Assembly (NCBI GenBank): GCA_964645705.1
Contig: CAZYAB010000001.1
Location: 16,749 to 80,748 of the forward strand
Length of the DNA: 64,000 nt
Origin: an uncultured Methanosarcinales archaeon
GTDB taxonomy: Archaea > Nanobdellota > Nanobdellia > Woesearchaeales > CAXGTL01
Direction of reading: 5' to 3'
In this document: positions 1 through 6,949 of the stretch, piece after piece
How positions within the stretch are numbered: position 1 is the first letter of the stretch
How the letters are laid out: the number at the start of each line of letters is the position of its first letter
Notes under the pieces: generated by a model
Seen by the model: the letters and a program-made list of their open reading frames with translations, nothing else
Told to the model about the DNA's origin: nothing
Databases searched by the model: none
Made by a program: the position numbers and the translations under genes

Positions 1-348
1 ATTACTCTAAAAATAGGTGAATTAACACCTGAAAACAGCATAATTCTTACTGTTGCAAAGAATTCATTTTATGTTCATTATTTTGCAAACAGAAAAACAA
101 TAAGCGACATTCATAATCCTAATGAGGATGAAAATGTTATATTTGGTTCGAGAGAATTTTTAACAGTTACTAATTTACTGGATAAAAATAAAGTAGATTA
201 TATCTACATTTCTCCTGATATGAGACAAGAACTTTGGACCTCTGATGAAGACGGACTATTATTCTTACTTCCTTTTGAAGAAAGATTTAGAATGAGATAT
301 AGACAAAAAGGTCACGAAATTTGGAAAGTAATTGACAATAAGAAATAA
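1..348 (+). CDS. 3'-terminal part of a hypothetical protein (5' end outside window)
   Basis: Frame 1 is open from base 1 to TAA at 346-348 (…RFRMRYRQKGHEIWKVIDNKK*). No start codon lies in the window, so the ORF track misses it. No recognisable domain. Confidence 0.35.
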   Translation: MTLKIGELTPENSIILTVAKNSFYVHYFANRKTISDIHNPNEDENVIFGSREFLTVTNLLDKNKVDYIYISPDMRQELWTSDEDGLLFLLPFEERFRMRYRQKGHEIWKVIDNKK

Positions 349-382
349 AAAACTAAAGACTATATATTATCAAAAAACTTAA

Positions 383-1285
383 TCATTTTATTTCTTCTAA
401 GAAATCACTCATAATCTTATTAACTTGTTTAGAATTTAATTTGATTATAAAATGTTCTGCATTTTTCACAATTTTAAGTTTAGAACCTTTAATATATTTG
501 TTCATTTTTATTGACCTTTTTTTTGAAACTAACCAGTCAAATCTCCCCGCAATTATTATTGTAGAAACTTTGATCTTGCTCAATACCTCGGTCCCATTAT
601 AATTAACAGCATATGGAAACATCCTAACAATAGTAAGCCAATGATTTCTAAACTCATAGCATTTTTTTAAAATTTTTGACATTTTATAAGGATTATATTT
701 TATTTCTCTTTTAAATATCCCTTTCAAAAGGTCAAGTAAAAATAATGTTGGTTTTCTTAAAAAATGAGTATTAATATTATACATACTTTTTAACACATGT
801 GCATAATCAGCAGAACAAAATATAAAAGCTTTCACTTTTTTAGAAAACATTTTATAGAATTCCAATGCAACAAGACTTCCATAACAATGTGTGACAAAAA
901 CAATTTGTTCAATTTTTTCCTTTTTTATTATTTCATTTATATCTTTTGCACATGCCACATAACTATAATCTTTTGGAAACCTTTCTGAAGAAAAATGTCC
1001 TCTTAAGTCAGGCGCAATTATCCCAAATCCTTCATCAACCATTTTAGGTATGATTTGATCCCATGAATTATAACTTCCAGTTAAACCATGAATAAACACT
1101 AAATATTTTTTTTTCTTCCTTTTTCCCCTTTTTCTTTTCTTTTGTTTTTCTCTTTTTTCCCAACCTATTTCTTTTCTTTCTTTTTCATTTGGTTTACTAA
1201 ATAAATAAGAAATCTTAGTATTATCAAAACTGATTATTTCTTTTTTACTTATTAAAGATCCCAAATCTATATTTGAATAAATCAT
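383..1285 (-). CDS. alpha/beta-fold hydrolase with Lys-rich N-terminal low-complexity segment
   Basis: YLVFIHGLTGS (HG oxyanion region), HCYGSLVA nucleophile-elbow-like motif, ~250 aa core. The N-terminus is K/R/E-rich and overlaps the 3' end of the neighbouring GT2 gene, so the true start may be internal. Confidence 0.5.
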   Translation of the reverse strand: MIYSNIDLGSLISKKEIISFDNTKISYLFSKPNEKERKEIGWEKREKQKKRKRGKRKKKKYLVFIHGLTGSYNSWDQIIPKMVDEGFGIIAPDLRGHFSSERFPKDYSYVACAKDINEIIKKEKIEQIVFVTHCYGSLVALEFYKMFSKKVKAFIFCSADYAHVLKSMYNINTHFLRKPTLFLLDLLKGIFKREIKYNPYKMSKILKKCYEFRNHWLTIVRMFPYAVNYNGTEVLSKIKVSTIIIAGRFDWLVSKKRSIKMNKYIKGSKLKIVKNAEHFIIKLNSKQVNKIMSDFLEEIK

Positions 1286-1955
1286 TTTTTATATCCCCAA
1301 CAAAGACTCTGTACAAACCCGCACACATTAATTTTAAAGGCAAAATCACTTTACCGTCATGATTAAATCTTCTAATGGAAGTTTTTACTTTAATGTTTGT
1401 TATTAATTTAAAATTAGATGCTTTTAATAATCTTTTAGTATATTCATAATCTTCTGCAAGTATAACTTTTTCATTAAAACCATTTATTTCTTCATGAACT
1501 TTCTTTTTGCTAAAAATAAAGCAGCCATTAACACCATCTAACCTATAAAATACAGTTGTAAATATTCTAAATATTGCATAATATAACTTATACAATGATT
1601 CATTGCTTAATGGATATGTGTGTGATGCACCAGATTCAATCCCTTTACCAAAAACCTGAGAAATCTTGAACAAAACATCTTTTTCAAGTGCAGAGTCAGC
1701 ATCAATAAAAACAATATTGTCATATGATGCCTTTTTCACGCCTAAATTTCTTTGATAAGAAACATTATTTTTTGACTTAAATATTTTTATTTTAAAAAAC
1801 TTAGAAAACTTCTTAAGTATATTTATTGTTTTGTTATTATCACTAGCATCAACTACTATAACTTCATATTTTTTAAAACTCTGATCTTTGATTGAGTTTA
1901 ATAAATTATGAATATATTTTTCTTCATTATATGTTGGCACTATTATTGAAATCAA
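1245..1955 (-). CDS. glycosyltransferase family 2
   Basis: ISIIVPTYNEE...VIVVDASDNNKT...FIDADS are GT2 motifs. The ORF track starts at 2000, but AGGAG sits 7 nt upstream of an in-frame TTG (MISIIVPTYN), so I trim the start to 1955. Confidence 0.7.
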   Translation of the reverse strand: MISIIVPTYNEEKYIHNLLNSIKDQSFKKYEVIVVDASDNNKTINILKKFSKFFKIKIFKSKNNVSYQRNLGVKKASYDNIVFIDADSALEKDVLFKISQVFGKGIESGASHTYPLSNESLYKLYYAIFRIFTTVFYRLDGVNGCFIFSKKKVHEEINGFNEKVILAEDYEYTKRLLKASNFKLITNIKVKTSIRRFNHDGKVILPLKLMCAGLYRVFVGDIKNDLFKYRFGIFNK

Positions 1956-2099
1956 AATGCAGCTCCTAAAATATATTTTCCAATATATATTTTCGCACAA
2001 CCTTTTTGTTTATTTTAATACACATAATAACAAAGTACTTATATAGATTTATGTAACAAACTTTATATATTAATTAAAATCCTTTTCACAAATATAAAA

Positions 2100-3341
2100 A
2101 TGGAAATCATAACTATAGTCTATTTATCTTTTATATTAGTATCTTTGTATTTATCATTTATTTTTCTAATTCTATTTTTTCAAAGAAAGAAAGATCTGTT
2201 CAGAGATCCAATTCCTAAGAAAGAATTACCAAAGATAAGCACATTAACAGCAGCTTATAATGAACAAGACACAATTATTGGAACTATAAAGAACATTCTT
2301 TCAAACAATTATCCTAAGAATAAATTAGAAATAATAGTTGTGGATGACGGATCAACAGATAAAACATTAGAACGAGTAAAAAAATTAAAAAAAGAATTAG
2401 GAATTAGAACATTAAAGATCATATCAAAAAAAAATTCAGGAAAAGCAGATTCATTGAATCAAGCAGCAAAAGTTGCAAAAGGTAAGATATTAGCAGTAAT
2501 AGACGCAGATTCATATATTGATAAAAATGCCTTCCAGAAAATGGCACCATATTTTGAAGATCCTACTGTTGCAGCTGTAACAGCTTCTGTATTGGTTAAA
2601 AATAGGGCAAAGATTTTAGAACAATTACAAGCAATTGAATATACACTTATAGCGTGGGGCAGAAAATTATTACAATTTCTAAGCAGTGTTTACGTAACTC
2701 CTGGCGCACTAAGCATGTACAGAAAAACTACTTTTTTAGCAGTAGGCGGTTTTGATAGAAATAATATAACAGAAGATATTGAATTGGCTTGGCGTCTTCT
2801 AAGACAAGGTTATAAAATCAAAATGTGTTTAAGTGCTTTATCATTTACAGTTGTTCCAAATACATTCAAAAAATGGTGGAAACAAAGAATAAGATGGGAC
2901 ATAGGCGGTTTACAAACAGCATACAAACATAGAGACTTAATATTAAAAAAGATTTATGGAATGATGGGGATGTTTGTTGCCCCATTTTTTATAGGTTCAT
3001 TGATTCTTAGCATATTAGGTTTATCATTAATTGTTTATCTGTTTTCAATGAAAATATTATCTATTTATTTTTTAACAAAGCATTCGATAATAACAAGTAA
3101 CAACCCATTCAATATAAACAAGCTGTACATATTACCAAACAGTTTTACTTTCTTTGCAATCGTATTCATAATAATCACAATTATTATTCTGTATAATGCA
3201 TTGAAAACAATGAAGATTCATACAAAGATTCCTGTAATAAGCTTAAGTTTTTTGATATACCTTTTTATATATGTGACTCTTTTCCCTATCTTATTAATAC
3301 ATTCAATTTATAAGATAATAATAAAAGACATAAAATGGTGA
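2100..3341 (+). CDS. membrane-embedded processive-type GT2 glycosyltransferase (QxxRW)
   Basis: N-terminal TM, then LTAAYNEQD, VVDDGSTD, IDADS and QRIRW (Q-x-x-R-W), then several C-terminal TM helices. This is the cellulose/chitin-synthase-like GT2 architecture. Confidence 0.75.
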   Translation: MEIITIVYLSFILVSLYLSFIFLILFFQRKKDLFRDPIPKKELPKISTLTAAYNEQDTIIGTIKNILSNNYPKNKLEIIVVDDGSTDKTLERVKKLKKELGIRTLKIISKKNSGKADSLNQAAKVAKGKILAVIDADSYIDKNAFQKMAPYFEDPTVAAVTASVLVKNRAKILEQLQAIEYTLIAWGRKLLQFLSSVYVTPGALSMYRKTTFLAVGGFDRNNITEDIELAWRLLRQGYKIKMCLSALSFTVVPNTFKKWWKQRIRWDIGGLQTAYKHRDLILKKIYGMMGMFVAPFFIGSLILSILGLSLIVYLFSMKILSIYFLTKHSIITSNNPFNINKLYILPNSFTFFAIVFIIITIIILYNALKTMKIHTKIPVISLSFLIYLFIYVTLFPILLIHSIYKIIIKDIKW

Positions 3342-3350
3342 TGATTTAAT

Positions 3351-4049
3351 ATGGACATAAATACAAATAATAAAAACAATAATAAAAAAAGTGTTTTTTT
3401 AAAAGCTGCAATTTATACCTTAATAATATTTATGTTAGGTGTTTTTCTAGGATATACTTTGGAAGAATACAGAACTTCTTCTATTGAGGAAAGGTACCAA
3501 GAAATAGAATTTCAATGGCAAGACGCAAGAATTCAAAGTATGTATTTTCAAAATTTAGGATCAGAAGAATGTGAAATTGCTATAAAAGAAAACCTTGCAT
3601 TCTCAGATGAAATTTATGAATTAGGAAAAAACATTGAGGAATACGAACAAGTCAATGCTTTAACAGGAGAATTATTATTAGAAAAAAAAAGATATGCCTT
3701 ATTTAAATCACAGTTTTGGCTCAATAACATGATCTTGAAAAACAGATGTTCCCCAGATTATGTTAATCTTGTTTATTTTTTCAAGAACAAACCAAATCTT
3801 GAAGAAAGACAAAAACAAAATACACAGTCAGACATATTAAAAAAAATAAAAAATGATTATGGTCATAATGTGATGTTGATACCATTACCAATTGATATGA
3901 ACATCTCCATGATTAATATATTTAGAGATCAGTTTCAAATAAATATTGTCCCGACTATTCTTATTAATGAGAAAATAAAATTAGAAGATATAAAAAGTTA
4001 TGAAGAAATAGATAAAATAATTAATTCAACTTCTTTCAATTCTGATTAA
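3351..4049 (+). CDS. hypothetical protein with N-terminal signal anchor
   Basis: One hydrophobic helix (FLKAAIYTLIIFMLGVFLGY) after an N/K-rich start. No recognisable domain. Confidence 0.4.
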   Translation: MDINTNNKNNNKKSVFLKAAIYTLIIFMLGVFLGYTLEEYRTSSIEERYQEIEFQWQDARIQSMYFQNLGSEECEIAIKENLAFSDEIYELGKNIEEYEQVNALTGELLLEKKRYALFKSQFWLNNMILKNRCSPDYVNLVYFFKNKPNLEERQKQNTQSDILKKIKNDYGHNVMLIPLPIDMNISMINIFRDQFQINIVPTILINEKIKLEDIKSYEEIDKIINSTSFNSD

Positions 4050-4063
4050 GAACAATTTTCGAA

Positions 4064-4549
4064 TTAACTCTTTTTTCTTACTTTAATCATATCGCCTATT
4101 GTCAATCCTTCTGAATTACCTTTTGCTTCAATTGCATGATGAATCTCTTCATGTTCTTGAATAAGATCTATTCTGAAGAATCTTTCAAGTTTTTCAGCAA
4201 GTTTGATTGATGGTTTGAATGTTCCTGACTCTATTTTATGAATCACTGATTCTTTTTCATTTATAAGTTTTGCAACTTCTTTTTGTTTTAATCCTTTTCT
4301 TTCCCTTGCATTCTTCACAATATTACTAAAATTAGGGATAATCATTTGAATTATTTCTTTTTCAGGTTTAAGTTTAACTTTAGCAACTGACTCAACGTTT
4401 TTCTTCTTTTCTTTTTTCATAACAGGCATCACTATTTCTTTTACTTTACCAAACAAACTGCACGCTTTACAAACCTTTAGGTCACTCCCTTCTAAAGAAA
4501 TAACATACATTTTTCCAACGTCTGAGCCACACATATTGCATGATGTCAT
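4064..4549 (-). CDS. mbf1: archaeal multiprotein bridging factor 1 (aMBF1): zinc ribbon + HTH XRE-type
   Basis: C-x2-C...C-x2-C zinc ribbon (CNMCGSD...CKAC) followed by a helix-turn-helix (LKQKEVAKLINEKESVIHKIESG). The ORF-track extension to 4621 has no homology and overlaps the tRNA-like element, so the start is taken at MTSCNMCG. Confidence 0.7.
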   Translation of the reverse strand: MTSCNMCGSDVGKMYVISLEGSDLKVCKACSLFGKVKEIVMPVMKKEKKKNVESVAKVKLKPEKEIIQMIIPNFSNIVKNARERKGLKQKEVAKLINEKESVIHKIESGTFKPSIKLAEKLERFFRIDLIQEHEEIHHAIEAKGNSEGLTIGDMIKVRKKS

Positions 4550-4585
4550 TATTTCACCTATCATAAATACAAATATGAATAAAAA

Positions 4586-4761
4586 TGGGGCGGCAACCGA
4601 GACTTTCAAGACATTATCCATTTGAACTCGGCCTAGGGGATATCAACCCACCCATTATAACATAAATATTTGTATAAGTGAATGATAATTTCTAGATGGT
4701 CCACAGTCCCCCGTGCTGTTACCCACCTGTTTGGCAAGTTCCAGGCTACACCATTGCCGCC
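4586..4761 (-). tRNA. candidate tRNA-His(GUG) gene interrupted by up to three introns (D-loop, canonical 37/38, T-loop), encoded CCA
   Basis: GC-rich island in AT-rich DNA. On the minus strand, G-1 (4761) and acceptor GCGGCAA (4760-4754) pair with UUGCCGC (4596-4590), C73 (4589) and CCA (4588-4586). The anticodon stem GGGGA (4711-4707) / UCCCC (4640-4636) is 5/5 bp, and the loop CUGUGG|A holds anticodon GUG (4704-4702). A 59-nt insert follows G37. T-arm CCGAG-UUCAAAU (4631-4620) is completed by CUCGG (4601-4597) after an 18-nt insert. D-stem GUGU (4751-4748) / GCAC (4716-4713) encloses 31 nt. Confidence 0.55.
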
Positions 4762-4809
4762 ATTATTGTAATTATTCTAATTTTTTTATTCTTTTTTTAT
4801 TTTTGTTGT

Positions 4810-5331
4810 TTACTTCCTTTTCTTCATACCAAATGTATAAGGCAACAAAAATACTACTGCATACAATAAACTTATCACTGTTGGACTATGTTGAATGTTC
4901 AGATTAAATAATGCGTCTAATTTGTTTGCAACAACTGTCATCAAAAATAAGTTTATGATTGTTATTAGTGGTATAAATGCAACTGCAAGTATGTGGTGGC
5001 GTCTTTCTATATCAATATCTCTTATTATCAAGTTAAATAATAATCCAAACACCAAAGCAATTGACACAACCAACAAATACATAGGCCATTGAGACAATAT
5101 CATTAAAAACGGCACTAAGAACATTGCAACTAACAAGTTACAGGTTGTGATCACGACAAGTCCAATCCAATAAGTAACTCTGTTTGCTTGTTGTTTATAA
5201 TGTTTAAGCGGTTTCTTTTTAAGCTTAACATTAAAATCACTTTTTACTTTGAACGACTTTCCCATCTTTACTACTTTGGTCTTCTTGCTTTTTTTTTTAT
5301 TTTTCCTCTTTTTTTTTTTATTTTTTTTCAT
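4810..5331 (-). CDS. hypothetical small polytopic membrane protein with poly-Lys N-terminus
   Basis: About 4 TM helices after a K-rich N-terminus. The start may be the internal MGKSF. Confidence 0.4.
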   Translation of the reverse strand: MKKNKKKKRKNKKKSKKTKVVKMGKSFKVKSDFNVKLKKKPLKHYKQQANRVTYWIGLVVITTCNLLVAMFLVPFLMILSQWPMYLLVVSIALVFGLLFNLIIRDIDIERRHHILAVAFIPLITIINLFLMTVVANKLDALFNLNIQHSPTVISLLYAVVFLLPYTFGMKKRK

Positions 5332-5800
5332 TTTTCATCATTTCAAAAGTTATCTGCATATATCTTTTTATTTTCTGGGTATAAATTTCTTGCATATTAT
5401 CAATATCTAGAAGAACTCCTTCTTCTTCTCCATCTTTATTTTTAACTTTTGTAACTAAACCCACATGTCTTTTACCTTCATTAATTTTTTCATACTTCGC
5501 TCTTAAAACTCTTCTTAACCAAAGATAAAAATTACCCATCTCAACAATTTCTTCATTATCAGAAAATGTTTTAATAAGTAATTCTGCCTTAATTGCATTA
5601 TTTTTTGGAATTTCATCTTCAATTAATTTATTTTCTTTAGCATATTTTAATTGTGCATTTATCAAAAAATCTATACAATCAATCATTCTTTTAACAATAT
5701 TTCTTATTACTTCTACAATTCTTGTATATTTTAAAGAAACAAAGATAAGATGGTCTATTCTTTTTAATTCTTCATTCGCATCTGAAAACGATTCAATCAT
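5318..5800 (-). CDS. hypothetical protein (tandem paralog of 5813..6301)
   Basis: 160 aa, soluble, helical. It shares colinear motifs with its neighbour: DHLIF/DHILF, LRRVLRAKY/LFRRKCLLHY, and a basic patch followed by VxxVKxKD. Confidence 0.4.
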   Translation of the reverse strand: MIESFSDANEELKRIDHLIFVSLKYTRIVEVIRNIVKRMIDCIDFLINAQLKYAKENKLIEDEIPKNNAIKAELLIKTFSDNEEIVEMGNFYLWLRRVLRAKYEKINEGKRHVGLVTKVKNKDGEEEGVLLDIDNMQEIYTQKIKRYMQITFEMMKNEKK

Positions 5801-5812
5801 TTTATTATTTCC

Positions 5813-6301
5813 TCATATTTTTATGGTTTGTTTCTCTTTTATTATTATATTTTCTATTCTACCATAAAAAGCTTTTGTTTTTTTTAAGTAATTTTTAACA
5901 TCATCAGCCGTTATTGACCTCATCTTATAATCATTCGAACATATTATGAATTTATCCTTTTTCACGAATTCAACAGGACTTTTCCTGTGTTTTATTATTA
6001 TGTCTTTAACATCTAAAATAAAATTAATATAATTCGCATCAAAATTATAATGAAGCAAACATTTTCTTCTGAATAAGTCTAATTTCGACTCAAAATTATC
6101 TTTAAACTCAGGAACCCTGTTATTCTTTTTTTCATAATACAATAATGCAGCCATAGTATTTGTAATTGCTAAGAACACATTATCCATTATTTTTAATAAT
6201 AATTTAGGATCATTTACTAATGGAAATGTTTTAAATAAAATATGATCTGCTGATTTAATATATCTTCTTGCTTCCTCTTTATATTGCAGATGTTTTTCCA
6301 T
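5813..6301 (-). CDS. hypothetical protein (tandem paralog of 5318..5800)
   Basis: 162 aa. Weak colinear similarity to the downstream ORF. No known domain recognised. Confidence 0.4.
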   Translation of the reverse strand: MEKHLQYKEEARRYIKSADHILFKTFPLVNDPKLLLKIMDNVFLAITNTMAALLYYEKKNNRVPEFKDNFESKLDLFRRKCLLHYNFDANYINFILDVKDIIIKHRKSPVEFVKKDKFIICSNDYKMRSITADDVKNYLKKTKAFYGRIENIIIKEKQTIKI

Positions 6302-6319
6302 TATTCTTTCAACAATTTT

Positions 6320-6664
6320 TTAATTCTTAAGATTCATAATAGCTTTTGCAAGGTCGCCTTCTGCTTCTCTAATTGCATTCATTGCTTCTTCTTCACTACA
6401 ACCACATTGTTCAACAACAACCTTAATATCGTCTTTACTAATTTCTGGTTCAGTATCAATAGATCTTTCTTCAAAACTTCCTGCAACCTGAAAAGTTTCT
6501 TGCCCCATAGCATTGACCTTGCTTACACTAGGGTTTTGAAAAACCAATTCTTTATCTTCTAATCTAATGATAACTTCTTTTGCATCAATTTCTTCTTGCT
6601 TCATACCCATTTTTTTCATAGCTTGCTTCATCATCTTTGGGTTAATATTCATTCCTGGAAACAT
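6320..6664 (-). CDS. nac: nascent polypeptide-associated complex protein (archaeal NAC alpha; NAC domain + C-terminal UBA)
   Basis: MKQAMKKMGMKQEEID...EVIIRLEDKELVF (NAC domain) followed by DIKVVVEQCGCSEEEAMNAIREAEGDLAKAIMNL (UBA-like). The length (~114 aa) fits. Confidence 0.8.
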   Translation of the reverse strand: MFPGMNINPKMMKQAMKKMGMKQEEIDAKEVIIRLEDKELVFQNPSVSKVNAMGQETFQVAGSFEERSIDTEPEISKDDIKVVVEQCGCSEEEAMNAIREAEGDLAKAIMNLKN

Positions 6665-6934
6665 ACAATCATCCCCTCCATATATCTTTGTTTATAATTT
6701 GTATTTCTTTATATATTTTATATAAATTCATATATAGTCATATATAACATAATATAGTAGTTGTATCTTATATTTATAAATTTGCCTATATCTAACCACC
6801 AACATACTTATCCTGCAGTAGTAAAAATAGAAATATTTATATACTATATAATTTTCCTACTTATTGCTATAAAAAATAGGTTGATTTCTGTTAAAAAAAG
6901 GTGTAGACTAATTAATTTGTATAATTAATGTTTT
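6665..6934. promoter_or_regulatory. divergent AT-rich promoter region with multiple TATA-like boxes
   Basis: Intergenic between minus-strand nac and the plus-strand surface-protein block. It contains several TATATA / TTTATA elements and a GGAGGGG SD 6 nt upstream of ATG 6950. Confidence 0.3.
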
Positions 6935-6949
6935 GTGGAGGGGAAATAT

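Noticed and set aside
4586-4765. GC-rich island as SRP (7S) RNA
   Set aside because: A CCCGUGCUG stretch resembles the 3' side of 7SL helix 5. However, the element is only ~175 nt and lacks any helix-8 GGAA/AGCAG motif. The tRNA-His model explains the acceptor, anticodon and T-arm far better.
4713-5092. Short plus-strand ORFs 4713..4907 and 4895..5092
   Set aside because: They overlap the tRNA-like element and the minus-strand membrane-protein gene. No SD or motifs.
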